A DNA stretch of 64,000 bases from Gimesia sp. (lineage in GTDB: Bacteria; Planctomycetota; Planctomycetia; Planctomycetales; Planctomycetaceae): positions 24,518-88,517 of the forward strand of contig NZ_JAVJSQ010000018.1 of assembly GCF_040219335.1 (NCBI RefSeq). The letters run 5' to 3'. Every line of letters begins with the position of its first letter. Positions within the stretch are counted from its first letter, which is position 1. A program made the translations under genes and the position numbers. This document shows, one piece after another, positions 1-10,843 of the stretch. A model generated the notes under the pieces. It was not told where the DNA came from. It saw only the letters and a list, made by a program, of their open reading frames with translations, and searched no databases.

Positions 1-140
1 GGGATTGCGTTGGGACCAAACCGTTCTCTGCGGGATTCAACCTCGAATCGGTCCAGCCCTTTTTGCGGATCGCTGTCTAGCAGCGTAATAATCTCTTCCG
101 CATCGAGCTGGTGTAAATGTTTTTCGAATAGTATCTCCAT
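1..140 (-). CDS. P-type cation-transporting ATPase, N-terminal end only (gene continues past the left edge)
   Basis: Reverse-strand ATG at 138-140. Translation MEILFEKHLHQLDAEEIITLLDSDPQKGLDRFEVESRRERFGPNAIP fits the Cation_ATPase_N pattern (GL..E...R...GPN) of type II P-type ATPases. Not in the ORF track because it is open at the window edge. Confidence 0.6.
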   Translation of the reverse strand, partial: MEILFEKHLHQLDAEEIITLLDSDPQKGLDRFEVESRRERFGPNAI

Positions 141-216
141 GGTATACCTTCATTATTCGAGCAGTTTCACAGCATCTTGAGGTAACGCAGCTAACTGGAA
201 AAGGACAGAAGCATTT

Positions 217-876
217 TTAGCCGTTTTCCAGTAGCCATTGAACAGCGGAGCGGGACATCTCAGCGGCATTGTTGAGGCCCAGTTTGCGTTTGATGTTGTT
301 GCGGTGGGAATCAATGGTGTGGGGGCTCAGGAAGAGTTGCTCTGCGATCATACCACTGGTGAGACCTTCACCAATCAGCCGGAAGATTTCGAGTTCTCGA
401 TCGGTCAGACTTTCGATTGGGGTTTTGGTTGCGTCTACACCATCCAGTGACTGCTTGATCAGCCTGCGGCTGATATCAGGGCTCACAAAGTGTTCTCCGC
501 GCAGCACAGTGTGAATCGCATCGATTACTTTTTCATTTGATTCCTGCTTGTTCAGGTAGCCCAGCGCTCCTGCGCGCAGAGCGCGCTCTGCATACAGTGA
601 CTCCTGAAACCCGGAAACAACGAGCGTCTTGACGTTGGGGTGTCTCAGTTTGATCTGCTTGACGAGCTCGATACCATGCCCGCTTTTCAGTGCGATATCA
701 ACAAGTACCAGATCAGGACTTAATTCAAAAACCAGTGAAATGGCTTCCTCTTCGGTGCCTGCTTCACCACAGACCTCCATGTCATCCTGAAAATTGATGC
801 GCGTTGCCAGGGCTTCCCGGACCAAGGGATGATCATCGACGATCAGGATTCTCGCAGGCATGTTTTGCGTAGACAT
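217..876 (-). CDS. NarL/FixJ-family response regulator (REC + LuxR-type HTH)
   Basis: ARILIVDDHPLVREAL, DLVLVDIAL and a C-terminal LTDRELEIFRLIGEGLTSGMIAEQLFLSPHTIDSHRNNIKRKLG. Start trimmed to ATG at 876 (MSTQNMPARIL), 3 nt after the stop of the upstream kinase (879). Confidence 0.9.
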   Translation of the reverse strand: MSTQNMPARILIVDDHPLVREALATRINFQDDMEVCGEAGTEEEAISLVFELSPDLVLVDIALKSGHGIELVKQIKLRHPNVKTLVVSGFQESLYAERALRAGALGYLNKQESNEKVIDAIHTVLRGEHFVSPDISRRLIKQSLDGVDATKTPIESLTDRELEIFRLIGEGLTSGMIAEQLFLSPHTIDSHRNNIKRKLGLNNAAEMSRSAVQWLLENG

Positions 877-878
877 GT

Positions 879-2927
879 TTAGCTCTCCTTGAGCAGTTTG
901 GTCGGTACGAGACATCTGATCGATGCCCCGCCGGACGGACCGGCTTCTATGTGGAATGTTCCACCTGCGACTCCACATCGATACTGCATGGTCCTTAATC
1001 CCATTCCCATTTCTCGATTCGATTGATCCCTGTCTTTGTCAGGTCTGATTCCAATGCCGTTATCGTTCACTTCAAGTACGACATAATCTTCGTCACCTTC
1101 TAATATAATACTGATTTCTGTGGCTTGACTGTGGCGCAGAGAGTTACTGGTCGCCTCCTGTGCGATTCGATACAAGTGGGTGGCTGTGGCATTGTCGGCA
1201 AGCACGACGCTTGCAGAGGACTCGAACCGGCAAGTGACGCGAGGATGTGTATTAATCGAGGCTGAGAGCTCTGCGAGTGCCGCCTGCAATCCACGAGGCT
1301 CAATCTGCACAGGCATTACGCCGTGGGCCAGACGTCTGACATGTACATTCGTCTCGTTGAGTAGTGAGGAGATTCTCGCTGCTAAAGCCCGCAGTCTGGA
1401 AAACTCAGCTGTTTGTAAGTGGCGTGCAGTTTCTTCAGTCGATTCCTCTGGGATCGCATCCAGAAGTTCGACAAGCGTGCCTGCAAACAAAGCCAGTCCA
1501 GTCAATTCCTGACCAATCCCATCATGCAGTTCCTGCCCGATTCGTCGCTGTTCATCCTCAGCAATCTGCAGAACGTGAGCCTGAAGCTGTTTGCGTTCGG
1601 AGATATCGTGGACAATCCCGGTGAATACCTGCAAATGGTCGACTTCAGTGATCGAAATTTCGATGGGAAATGTCGAGCCATCTTTCCGGCGGCCAACCAG
1701 TTCACGGACTGAGTCGAGAATTCGGGGTTTGCCGGTTTGTAGATACCGTTTAATATAGCTGTCGTGCTCTTCGCTATAAGGAGCCGGCATGAGCATACTC
1801 ACGTTCTGGTTGATCATTTCATTCCGGGTATAACCGAATAATCTCTCCGTTGAGCGATTTATGGTCTGGATCACCCCCTGGCTGTCTATCGAGATGATCG
1901 CGTCAAGGGCCGAATCCAGAATCGCTTCAAGATGACTGCGTTCCGCTCGTATTTCCCTCGTGCGTTGCTGCACAGCTTCTTCCAGATCAATCGTACGTTG
2001 CCGGAGCTTGGCGTTCTCAACCCGGGAGTGGGTATCATCGAAGACATACCCTTTGAGCCGGATAAGATTTCCCTGTTCATCGAAGGTTCCAATAACAGTC
2101 TCAACAACGTGCAGGGTTATGCCGTCATTGCGACGGGTAATGCGTTCAAATCGATCGAGTGTTCCCATCACACGGATTCTCTCGATGAACGCAGTCCATG
2201 AATACGGATCTGAGTAAAAGTCCTGCAGACTGCTGCCGACCGCCTGTTGCTGACTCACAAAACCGAACATGTCGACAAACGCACGATTGCACAGCAGTAT
2301 TTCACCATCAGGCGTGGCGAGATAATCACCTGTGAGGTCGTCGTCAAAGAGTAAGCGATAATTTTCTTCACTTTGTCGAAGAGATTGCTGTGCAAGTTTT
2401 GTTTCTGTGATATCCCGCAACAGCGCGTCATAGGCGGTTAATTGACCGTCAGCATCATAGTAAGGAATGATCAATTTCCTGAGCCAGCGGAGCTGTCCAT
2501 CTTTCCGCCGGATACGGAATTCAGACGGCTTTGGCTGCTGCCCTGAAAGAACCTGTTCAATTTGGCGCTCGATATCAGAACGGTCATCCTCAAGGACTAG
2601 ATCGATCCACAGACGGTGATTAGCGGCATACTCTTCAGGCCGATACCCGGTGATTGCAGCGCACTTCGGCCCATGTTGCTTTTCTACTACCTGTCCTTCA
2701 TCCAGCAGAACGTGGTAGTGATAGTCAGCGACGGCGTCTCGTAATTGATGGTAGCGGGACTCGACTGCCGGTTGCATTTGCCGATGTTGTTTCTCAACCA
2801 TAATTTGGACGTGCTTCTCGCTGAAAACGGTTTTCGATGAGCCCGAAAGGGGACGTCTATTCAAGCCCTTACAAAAATTATACAAAGCAGATTTCTGCCG
2901 TGAATAGCGGAATCCGCCATTCCTCAA
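879..2927 (-). CDS. PAS-domain sensor histidine kinase (HisKA_3/NarX-type)
   Basis: Several PAS-like repeats, H-box region ELHDGIGQELTGL, HATPase region VNDNGIGI...GMGLRTMQYR. Operonic with the regulator at 217-876. Start uncertain; an alternative Met is at 2801. Confidence 0.85.
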   Translation of the reverse strand: MRNGGFRYSRQKSALYNFCKGLNRRPLSGSSKTVFSEKHVQIMVEKQHRQMQPAVESRYHQLRDAVADYHYHVLLDEGQVVEKQHGPKCAAITGYRPEEYAANHRLWIDLVLEDDRSDIERQIEQVLSGQQPKPSEFRIRRKDGQLRWLRKLIIPYYDADGQLTAYDALLRDITETKLAQQSLRQSEENYRLLFDDDLTGDYLATPDGEILLCNRAFVDMFGFVSQQQAVGSSLQDFYSDPYSWTAFIERIRVMGTLDRFERITRRNDGITLHVVETVIGTFDEQGNLIRLKGYVFDDTHSRVENAKLRQRTIDLEEAVQQRTREIRAERSHLEAILDSALDAIISIDSQGVIQTINRSTERLFGYTRNEMINQNVSMLMPAPYSEEHDSYIKRYLQTGKPRILDSVRELVGRRKDGSTFPIEISITEVDHLQVFTGIVHDISERKQLQAHVLQIAEDEQRRIGQELHDGIGQELTGLALFAGTLVELLDAIPEESTEETARHLQTAEFSRLRALAARISSLLNETNVHVRRLAHGVMPVQIEPRGLQAALAELSASINTHPRVTCRFESSASVVLADNATATHLYRIAQEATSNSLRHSQATEISIILEGDEDYVVLEVNDNGIGIRPDKDRDQSNREMGMGLRTMQYRCGVAGGTFHIEAGPSGGASIRCLVPTKLLKES

Positions 2928-3299
2928 ATGGTGTTAATATCTATTGTAGAAGTTGCCATGCTATGGATAATTTTACGATATTGGGGTCAGAATTCCGCCA
3001 CTAAAAAGCGCGAGAATCTGACACACAGCCAGGGACATAGGCCGTTTCAATGCTGTGATGCGGACAGGAACAAGTTCATGAAGAAAAGCGGCAGAATAGT
3101 TCAGGAGCCAGGAGTTCAAATCGTCGCAGTTAATCTGAGCCTTGGAATAACAGTACGGATTTTCCAGTAGATCTATCCCAGCTCGACGAAGCAGATCGTC
3201 TGAGTGTTCTGATGATCTGCGATAGTAGTAACAGCGGTTCGACACAATAAACGAACTGGTTGCTAAACAAACTTTGATCAATTAGCAGGGAGGAGTGTA

Positions 3300-3674
3300 A
3301 TGAGTACTGCCACTTTGAACCAAATGAAGATGACTGACTTAGATGGTCACGCAGGTAGCGAACACAGGACTTCCATGAATGTCGGGCATCAAACAGAGAC
3401 AGAGCTCATAAAGGGGCAGCCTTCTCTCAAAACTCTCCCGGTGAGCGCTGGCGAAAGAGGGGTGTGCAGCTTGTCCGCCGCCAGTGCTCGCCATCTATTA
3501 CATTCCAGTGATTACGGAGAGATACGTTGCCTGGAATGTGAAGCACAAGCAGAAGTTCTGATCCTGCGTGGCCAGGTAACATCCTGGCATCAGAAGCAGG
3601 TAGCTCAAGAAACCGTCCGAAATGTTCCCGGCTTCATAAAAATATTGAATTATGTGGAAGTCGTCCCGCTATAG
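3300..3674 (+). CDS. BON-domain protein
   Basis: C-terminal VLILRGQVTSWHQKQVAQETVRNVPGFIKILNYVEVVP matches the BON pattern (G.V.L.G.V.S...K..A...V..V.GV..V.N.l.V). GGAGG lies upstream of the ATG. Confidence 0.6.
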   Translation: MSTATLNQMKMTDLDGHAGSEHRTSMNVGHQTETELIKGQPSLKTLPVSAGERGVCSLSAASARHLLHSSDYGEIRCLECEAQAEVLILRGQVTSWHQKQVAQETVRNVPGFIKILNYVEVVPL

Positions 3675-3764
3675 TCGATAGAGAGGCGACCAGGCCATTC
3701 GCGGAAAGTTGCGCAGTAATCTCAACAGGCACTCATAACGTTTTCAGTTTTTTGGAGGAGTACG

Positions 3765-3965
3765 ATGCTGGTCTTGACTCGTAAGCGTGGTGAAAGAGTT
3801 GTTATCAGTGATAACATCAAGCTGACAGTGGTTTCGATTCGGGGGAAACGAGTGAAACTGGGTGTGACTGCACCGGCAGATGTCAGCATCCGCCGGGACG
3901 ATCTTTCTAAAACAGCCAATAGGGGGGCTTTGCTTGAAGAAAGTTGTCCCACCCGGGGGTCTTAG
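3765..3965 (+). CDS. csrA: Carbon storage regulator CsrA
   Basis: MLVLTRKRGERVVISDNIKLTVVSIRGKRVKLGVTAPADVSIRRDDL is a clear CsrA/RsmA fold sequence. The SD GGAGGA (3754-3759) carries two GGA motifs. Confidence 0.9.
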   Translation: MLVLTRKRGERVVISDNIKLTVVSIRGKRVKLGVTAPADVSIRRDDLSKTANRGALLEESCPTRGS

Positions 3966-4244
3966 CTCTGGTCCAAGTCACTGCGGTCATCAGCATGATA
4001 CAGATCAGTTTGCCCATTCGTTGAGTCTCTGGGAAGGATGTGTTTTTTTCAAATCACTTACCCGATTGCCTGTCGCTTCTACCAAGGGCAGGATTTGGTT
4101 GAATCATGTTTCATCGAAAAATATACTGAATGGGTGATTAAAGGATGATTTTTAGAAGTATTTCAGGTAGCAATATGATCTGATAACTGAAAATCACCTT
4201 CAGGGGCAACAATCCACTATTAAGGATGGAGTAGATCAGAACGC

Positions 4245-5171
4245 ATGCAGCGGTTTAAAAAAATTCTTGTGGGTGTTGACCTGTCATCAGGAGATCACCT
4301 CGTTTCAGATGAGGTTTCACCTGCCTCCCAGGAAGCGGTAGACCGCGCCATCTGGTTGGCCGGATCGAATTCTGCAGAGCTCACATTCTTTTTTACCCTG
4401 GATGTTTCTGCTGAAACTCAACGGATGATTGAAGAGTCTAATGAGAAGGACTCTATAGTCACAACTGCTCAACAAGTATTGAACGGACTGGTGTCGCAAG
4501 CGAAAGAATCAGGAATCAAGGCTGACAGCGAGGTCTGTTTCGGCAGAAGCTGGCGACAGATAATTCTGAAGGTGGTACTTGATGGATACGATATTGTGAT
4601 AGCGGGAACCCGACACCTGGGCCCGTTCAAATCAATATTGCTGGGCAGCACTGGCGTGAAGCTCTTGAGACTATGTCCATCTCCTGTATGGATTACACAG
4701 CCACAATCAGATTCACAGATCAAATCGATCCTGGTTGCACATTGCTTGCGTCCTGTTGGCGATCTCGCTCTGGAGCTAGGGGCCGCCATGGCGGAATTAC
4801 ACGGTTCGGAACTCCATGTAGTTCACTCACAGGAACATTCGGAATTTGACTCCTGGCATTCTACTTTCCAGCATGAGGAACGCAATCTGAGAACTCCCCT
4901 CGAAGTCAAACGCCATATCGAATCTCAGCTTGCTGGTTTCCAGCTTAAAACTCATCCACAGATACATATCGTCACTTCCACACCACCAGATATCGCAGTT
5001 CTGAGTCTGGTGGAAAAGCACAATATCGAGTTGCTTGTTATGGGCACCATCGCACGTACGGGCATCAGTGGATTAATAATAGGGAATACAGCTGAAAAAT
5101 TACTTCCACAAATCAACTGTTCTGTTTTGGCAGTTAAGCCTGCTGATTTTGATTCACCTGTGACAGGCTGA
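4245..5171 (+). CDS. Tandem universal stress protein (UspA-family, two Usp domains)
   Basis: ILVGVDLS... and ILVAH... starts of two Usp domains. C-terminal VMGTIARTGISGLIIGNTAEKLLPQINCSVLAVKP is the Usp ATP-binding motif. Confidence 0.85.
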   Translation: MQRFKKILVGVDLSSGDHLVSDEVSPASQEAVDRAIWLAGSNSAELTFFFTLDVSAETQRMIEESNEKDSIVTTAQQVLNGLVSQAKESGIKADSEVCFGRSWRQIILKVVLDGYDIVIAGTRHLGPFKSILLGSTGVKLLRLCPSPVWITQPQSDSQIKSILVAHCLRPVGDLALELGAAMAELHGSELHVVHSQEHSEFDSWHSTFQHEERNLRTPLEVKRHIESQLAGFQLKTHPQIHIVTSTPPDIAVLSLVEKHNIELLVMGTIARTGISGLIIGNTAEKLLPQINCSVLAVKPADFDSPVTG

Positions 5172-5486
5172 AGCTGATAAAGTCTAAAGCAGTATCTATT
5201 ACCCTGGCTGTTGTCCTGGGAGCAATGAGTTAACCGTTTTTATCTCTAAACTGTCGGTATGGGGACATAAAGAATACTATATGCCGGGATGCTGGCCACG
5301 GCCTTATCCAATTTTTGATAAGATCTGGTAATAAAGACCGTAGGGATGACGTACTGTTTAACTGCGTTTAAGTAGCCCACGATTAAGTAGCGCACGATGA
5401 ATTCCGCATCAGATCTCTGTGTGTCATTGCAAAATATGATTCGCGTAATTCAGAGCCTGGTGATACTAACCTAAGAAATATTCAGT

Positions 5487-6143
5487 ATGGATAACTCCCG
5501 ATCATTCATTGAAGCTGATTCTCCACGCCCTTCCATACTACCTTGTTTTCTGCGTGGTTTTCTTGAGAATCCATTACGAGTGGCTTCGTTTCTTCCGAGT
5601 TCCAATTACCTGCAGCGAAAACTGAGTTCGCTGGAGTGTCTGCAGGCTGCTCAGGTGGTTGTTGAACTGGGGCCGGGTACCGGAGAGACCACGCGGGCAC
5701 TGCTCAATCAACTGCCTCAGCAGTCTATTCTGCTTTGTATTGAAGTCGTAAATGAATTCGTGAATCAGGTTCGACGGATCACAGATGCGCGAGTGATTGT
5801 TGAAAAAGGATCAGCATTAAATTTACGGCAGATCCTCAAACATTACCAGCTTGCGTCTCCTGATGTGATTGTTTCCGGGGTACCTTTTTCAGTAATGTCT
5901 CCCGAAGAGGGGCATTCCCTGATTGAATCGATTTATGACACCTTAGCGCCTGGCGGGAGCTTTGTCACCTATCAGTTCCGCAGTAGGGTCTGCGATCTGG
6001 CATTCGAATATTTCGGTAAGCCAAAGCATCGCTCCGTCGTTCTCTGGAACCTGCCTCCCCTGGAAATATTTGTCTGGCAGAAAAACACCACACACGGTTC
6101 TGTCTTACGTAATCATATCGACTTCGATTTTGACGCAACATAA
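5487..6143 (+). CDS. Class I SAM-dependent methyltransferase (phospholipid/rRNA-adenine methyltransferase-like)
   Basis: SAM motif I VVELGPGTGETT preceded by FL.NPLRVASFLPSS, typical of the small COG3963-like methyltransferases. Confidence 0.7.
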   Translation: MDNSRSFIEADSPRPSILPCFLRGFLENPLRVASFLPSSNYLQRKLSSLECLQAAQVVVELGPGTGETTRALLNQLPQQSILLCIEVVNEFVNQVRRITDARVIVEKGSALNLRQILKHYQLASPDVIVSGVPFSVMSPEEGHSLIESIYDTLAPGGSFVTYQFRSRVCDLAFEYFGKPKHRSVVLWNLPPLEIFVWQKNTTHGSVLRNHIDFDFDAT

Positions 6144-7208
6144 CTGACCTGCCCTGAGAGCGATAATAGGATTATGTGGATGAGTCATTTGAACAACTTG
6201 TTTCCATCCTTGAACCAGCTGAAATGTTAAGAATTAACAGTTGCTTTTACGTCGCATTTCGTGCGACAGCCGGGACGGTATAATTCTGCTCTCTCGCCCG
6301 GTCTTGCGTGTGGATATTGTGTTCCGCCAAAAAACATTGTCGATATTGCCCAAACGTTGTCAGTCCCAGGGCAATGCCAAAATACGCCAGCGCTTCCTGA
6401 GTAACGGTCGACCTGAAGACGATCGAAGAGGGGCGACCACTAATCATTTACGCAGCGCGCCAGGGAAAATCACTTCGCGGCCTGGTGAGAGAAATGCTGG
6501 CTCCAGGAATTCAAGAAATCTGCAAAGAGATCCAGATTCCGGACCCGTCCAGACGAAACCCTCAGATAATCACTGAAATCACCCAATTTTGGCAGATTTG
6601 CCCGTATCAGGCCCTGAGAGGCCCTGTATCGCATCGCAGGCTGGAAACGCCCGGTAAGGCCTTAAATGAAAAGATATCGCGAAATAGGGGCCATCCATTA
6701 ATCAGGGTTTCTACTAAGACGTTCCCCATGGACATCCTCTCGCGCGAACAGCAACAATCAATCGGCTTAATTAAGGAGGTTTTTCTCTGTGTAAAAGTTT
6801 TCAGGAAACACTTCAGACAATCGTTAAAATCCTACCGCTTCATCAACATGTACTATTGAGCCGTATATTATTTATTCATTTCCTCTACCCAGGCAAAATG
6901 ATCGTGCGATAATCCACATATGAATGATGTTTTATGTAGTGCTACCAATAGTCCTGTAATCAACCCGAAATTACAACTCTTGAATGTCATGTTGGTGGAT
7001 AACAAAGCTGGGAGAGCATTACTCTGTGCAAAACATGATGTAGGACACCGATAAGCCGCGACTGTCCCTCTAATCGTCCAATCGATTCTCCATCTCATCC
7101 ACGGTCGCCAGGATGTCCTGAAAAATTTAGTACGTTGCCTGGATCAGGCAACTCGAACAGCCTTATTTCTTTGCAAGAAAATGGGACCTGAATGGAGAAT
7201 CATTGATC

Positions 7209-7883
7209 ATGCAGAAAACACTTGGACTACCCCCGGATTATGATCCAGTCGTCTATATCATAGACGATGAGGAATCGGTTCGACTCTCTCTCGAAGAACT
7301 GATTAACAGCCTGGGGGTTAAATCAACTTCGCATGAATCTGCTGAGCATTTTCTAAAAGAAATTGAAGAGGAGTTAATTGGGTGCGTCCTGACAGATCTA
7401 AGGTTAATGGGATGTAATGGCATCGAGTTAATCAAACAGTTGAAATCGAAAAATTATGAACTACCAGTGATATTAGTTTCCGGGAATTTAGATGTCTCTG
7501 TGGCTGTTAGCGCAATCAATGAAGGAGCTTTCGCTGTCCTCGAAAAACCATACTCGGAACAGGAACTCTGGGACCATCTAATCGCAGCGATCAAGTATGA
7601 CTTTGACCATCGAGAAGATTGTCTCTGGGTTCAAAAGACAGCAGAAAAGTTCTCGGCTCTTACAGACGACGAAAAATCAACGATGTCCCTGCTGATCGAA
7701 GGGCATTCAAATAAGAAGGTTTCCCATCTGCTTGATGTCTCGCAACGAACTGTTGTGACTCGAAGAAAGTCGATTATGGAAAAAATTGAAGTCGACAACC
7801 TCATCGAACTCGCCAAAATCCTGACGGAATTGGAACTCAAACAGGCTCAGCTCAAATCCGATGTGATCGTGATTTCAGAATGA
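7209..7883 (+). CDS. FixJ/LuxR-type response regulator
   Basis: VYIIDDEESVR, CVLTDLRLMGCNG, ILVSGNLD, then an HTH (LTDDEKSTMSLLIEGHSNKKVSHLLDVSQRTVVTRRKSIMEKI). ATG at 7209 preferred over TTG at 7203. Confidence 0.85.
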   Translation: MQKTLGLPPDYDPVVYIIDDEESVRLSLEELINSLGVKSTSHESAEHFLKEIEEELIGCVLTDLRLMGCNGIELIKQLKSKNYELPVILVSGNLDVSVAVSAINEGAFAVLEKPYSEQELWDHLIAAIKYDFDHREDCLWVQKTAEKFSALTDDEKSTMSLLIEGHSNKKVSHLLDVSQRTVVTRRKSIMEKIEVDNLIELAKILTELELKQAQLKSDVIVISE

Positions 7884-7892
7884 ATTTGTACT

Positions 7893-7941
7893 CCGAAAGT
7901 ATGTCCGGGTAATATACATTTGCCGGACATACTTTCGGTTT
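7893..7941 (+). terminator. Rho-independent terminator after the FixJ-type regulator
   Basis: Perfect 16-bp inverted repeat ccgaaagtatgtccgg / ccggacatactttcgg (7893-7908 and 7923-7938) followed by ttt. Confidence 0.8.
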
Positions 7942-7984
7942 GCCAGGCTTTTGCAATTCAAGCTTCACCGTGATTACCAGTACT

Positions 7985-8209
7985 GGCTCACTTGGTAGCC
8001 CTGCCGCTTTCTACAGTCTCTGGGGGCTGAGTTGACTTGTGTGTCCCTGGACAATCAGGAGTTGGTCGATCCTATCGCCGTAGGGCGGCGATCTGGAAAA
8101 ACATGGTTCTGATTGCAATCATGCATGCGAACAACGTAGTCTGCACGATTCAGCCGATTAAAAAGTAGCAGCAATCGCCGGGGAAAATGGAATTCCCTGT
8201 AACACAGAG
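7985..8209 (+). pseudogene. Internal fragment of a NifS/IscS-type cysteine desulfurase gene (copy of about 52990-53212)
   Basis: DNA aligns by eye at roughly 80 percent identity to the intact gene at 52677-53819. Example: ggttctgattgcaatcatgcatgcgaacaac versus ggttctgatttcagtcatgcacgcgaacaat. The translation has an in-frame stop (..IQPIKK*QQSPGKMEFPV). Confidence 0.75.
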
Positions 8210-8327
8210 GTTCATCGCTGCGATGCTTGAGCAGATTGCACGGCCGGCAATATTACTGCCGCGTATCACGTGAAAGTGAAGCGAATTTATATATTGGATA
8301 ACGGGCGGGATCACAGAGAAAGTCTAC

Positions 8328-8366
8328 GCAGAGACCGTATTGGTCACTGAATAATACGGTCTCTGC
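8328..8366. other. Strong stem-loop (14-bp perfect stem), no U-tract
   Basis: gcagagaccgtatt (8328-8341) pairs with aatacggtctctgc (8353-8366). Confidence 0.5.
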
Positions 8367-8645
8367 GGTGATTATGGATTTCAACTACTGAATGCCAATA
8401 GAAGTGGAGAAAGTCACTTCGTTTTAGACATGGGAAACCACAATTGCTACAATCCATCCCTGGATCGGCTCTTATCTGATCTATATGTGAAATCCTAGAT
8501 TAACTTATTGATGATCAACGGGATCAAACCCTTATCAATCTGTAATCGGATAATTCATGTGACCGCAATGGAAGAGCAAAATGCTCTTATTTGCTTAATC
8601 AGCTATTGACGATTGTGGGTACATGCTCATGACTGGAGGAAGATA

Positions 8646-10460
8646 GTGACTATTAGAAATACCTCCGTGTCGCCGGATTGGTCCATTGATCAAATGAACC
8701 AATGGTTCCGAGTTCGAACAGCAACAATTGCCTCTGTATATGCTATTTCAGGCATCCTCTGGATCTTATTTTCGGACAGAATACTGATCGCCGTTGTGTC
8801 TGATCCCACACGAGTTGCTCTTTGGGGGACTTACAAAGGCATTGCGTTTGTTACGGTGACGACTTTACTGCTGGTCATTCTCCTGAACAGAACTTTCAAA
8901 ATTGCCAGTCAGGCTTATCGCGCTCTCAGTGAAGTTAAAGAGGCATTTCGAAATGAAAAAGTATTTGCTGACACGATGATCGAGTCCATGCCGGGAATCA
9001 TTTATTTCTATGACTCCGAAGGTTCTTTCCTACGCTGGAATAAAAACTTCGAGACTGTTTCCGGCTATTCAGACAGCGAGATCCGACATCTGCATCCCCG
9101 GGAATTTTTCCGTGGGAACGATATTTTGCGAGTTGAAGAACGCATTCAGGAAGTATTTACCCTGGGAGAATCTTCTCTGGAAGCATTATTTATCAACAAG
9201 CAGGGGACAGCAACCCCGTATTTTTTCACTGGCAGTCGCGTACTTTACAAAGGGAAGCTGTGTTTGGTCGGCATGGGAATTGATATTTCCGATCGGAAAC
9301 AGGCAGAAACCCAACTGGCCAGAAGCGAGCAGAAGTATCGAGAACTGGTCGAACAGGCCAACAGTATAATCCTGCGTTGGGATCGAAGTGGTCGAATTCG
9401 GTTTATGAATCGTTTCGGGTGTGAATTTTTTGGATACTCTTATGACGAAATTGTCGGTCAGAATGTGATGGGGACGATCGTGCCTGCCACGGAAAGTAAT
9501 GGGCGTGATTTGAGTTCACTGATCGAAGAAATCTGCGATTCTCCCGCGACACACGAACATCTGGTCAATGAGAATATATGCCGTAACGGGAAACGTGTCT
9601 TAATTGATTGGACGAATCGGGTTCAACTTAACGATTATGAGAATGTCACCGAGATTCTGAGTATCGGGACCGACATTACTGACCGCAGGCGAATCGAGGT
9701 GGAACGGCAGAAACGCGAGCAGGCCGAGGCTGCTGACCAGGTTAAATCGGCATTTCTGGCGACAATGTCTCACGAATTGCGGACCCCGTTGAATTCCATC
9801 ATCGGGTTTACAGGAATCATTCTTCAAGAGATGGCAGGACCACTCAATCAGGAGCAGCAAAAACAACTCACCATGGTTCAAGATAGCGCCCGTCATTTAC
9901 TGGCGCTTGTTAACGATGTATTGGATATTTCAAAAATTGAAGCAGGACAACTCGAGGTCTGTCAGGAATACTTTGATATCCATCAGTCGATCGATAATGT
10001 GCTCAGAATCATGCGTCCTCAGGTCGATAATCAAAACCTGACTCTGCAAACTCACCTTTCCCCCGAGCTAAGCCAGTTAAAAAGTGACCGACGACGGTTT
10101 GAGCAAATTCTATTGAATCTGTTGAGTAATGCCGTCAAATACACCGAAAAGGGAGGTATTCAGCTTAAAGCTGTTATCGTCTACGACAATTCCGGGACAG
10201 CATCTGCAAAAGAACTCTTGCAGATTCTTGTCTCTGACACCGGAATTGGAATTAAACAGGAGGATCTGGAACACGTCTTTCAACCATTCCGTCAGATTGA
10301 TTCGGGAACTTCGAGAAAACATGATGGAACAGGCCTGGGACTGGCGATTTGTAAGCGCCTGGTTGAACTGATGGGGGGGACGATTGACATCGAAAGCCAA
10401 TGGGGATATGGCACTACTTTAAGCGTGAAGTTACCATTTACCCCTGTGGAGAAAATATGA
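8646..10460 (+). CDS. Membrane PAS sensor histidine kinase
   Basis: TM segments, two PAS regions, H-box [19 protein letters not shown]-box [13 protein letters not shown]-boxes DTGIGI and [21 protein letters not shown] at 8646 follows GGAGGA (8635-8640). The ORF is open from 8613. Confidence 0.85.
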   Translation: MTIRNTSVSPDWSIDQMNQWFRVRTATIASVYAISGILWILFSDRILIAVVSDPTRVALWGTYKGIAFVTVTTLLLVILLNRTFKIASQAYRALSEVKEAFRNEKVFADTMIESMPGIIYFYDSEGSFLRWNKNFETVSGYSDSEIRHLHPREFFRGNDILRVEERIQEVFTLGESSLEALFINKQGTATPYFFTGSRVLYKGKLCLVGMGIDISDRKQAETQLARSEQKYRELVEQANSIILRWDRSGRIRFMNRFGCEFFGYSYDEIVGQNVMGTIVPATESNGRDLSSLIEEICDSPATHEHLVNENICRNGKRVLIDWTNRVQLNDYENVTEILSIGTDITDRRRIEVERQKREQAEAADQVKSAFLATMSHELRTPLNSIIGFTGIILQEMAGPLNQEQQKQLTMVQDSARHLLALVNDVLDISKIEAGQLEVCQEYFDIHQSIDNVLRIMRPQVDNQNLTLQTHLSPELSQLKSDRRRFEQILLNLLSNAVKYTEKGGIQLKAVIVYDNSGTASAKELLQILVSDTGIGIKQEDLEHVFQPFRQIDSGTSRKHDGTGLGLAICKRLVELMGGTIDIESQWGYGTTLSVKLPFTPVEKI

Positions 10461-10843
10461 AGTCCCGTCTGTTGATCATTGAAGACAACCCCAATAATCG
10501 TTACCTGGTGACCTTTCTGCTGACGAAACGTGGGCATGAAGTGTTTGAAGCCGAAACTGGAACGAGTGGATTAGAGATGGCCATCAAAATCAATCCGGAT
10601 TTGATACTCCTTGATATCCAGCTTCCTGAGGTGGATGGCTACACCGTGATGCGTCACCTAAAACAGCATCCACAATTGAAATTGATCCCTATCGTTGCCG
10701 TCACATCCTATGCGATGCCTGGTGACCGGCAGAGGTGTCTGGATGCGGGAGCAGAAGGATATATTGAGAAACCGATAGATCCCAATTCATTCGTTTTCGA
10801 GGTTGAGCAATATCTTCATGCATCAGGCGAAGGGGGCCGGTGA
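10457..10843 (+). CDS. Single-domain CheY-like response regulator
   Basis: [40 protein letters not shown]. The ATG at 10457 overlaps the kinase stop (ATGA). Confidence 0.9.
   Translation: MKSRLLIIEDNPNNRYLVTFLLTKRGHEVFEAETGTSGLEMAIKINPDLILLDIQLPEVDGYTVMRHLKQHPQLKLIPIVAVTSYAMPGDRQRCLDAGAEGYIEKPIDPNSFVFEVEQYLHASGEGGR

Noticed and set aside
6247-6660. Minus-strand fragments (...LIRANLPKLGDFSDYLRVSSGRVRNLDLFADFLNSWSQHFSHQAAK*, then MISGRPSSIVFRSTVTQEALAYFGIALG...) that look like one frameshifted gene.
   Set aside because: I could not assign any family or find a convincing start. It may be a pseudogene but is unsupported.
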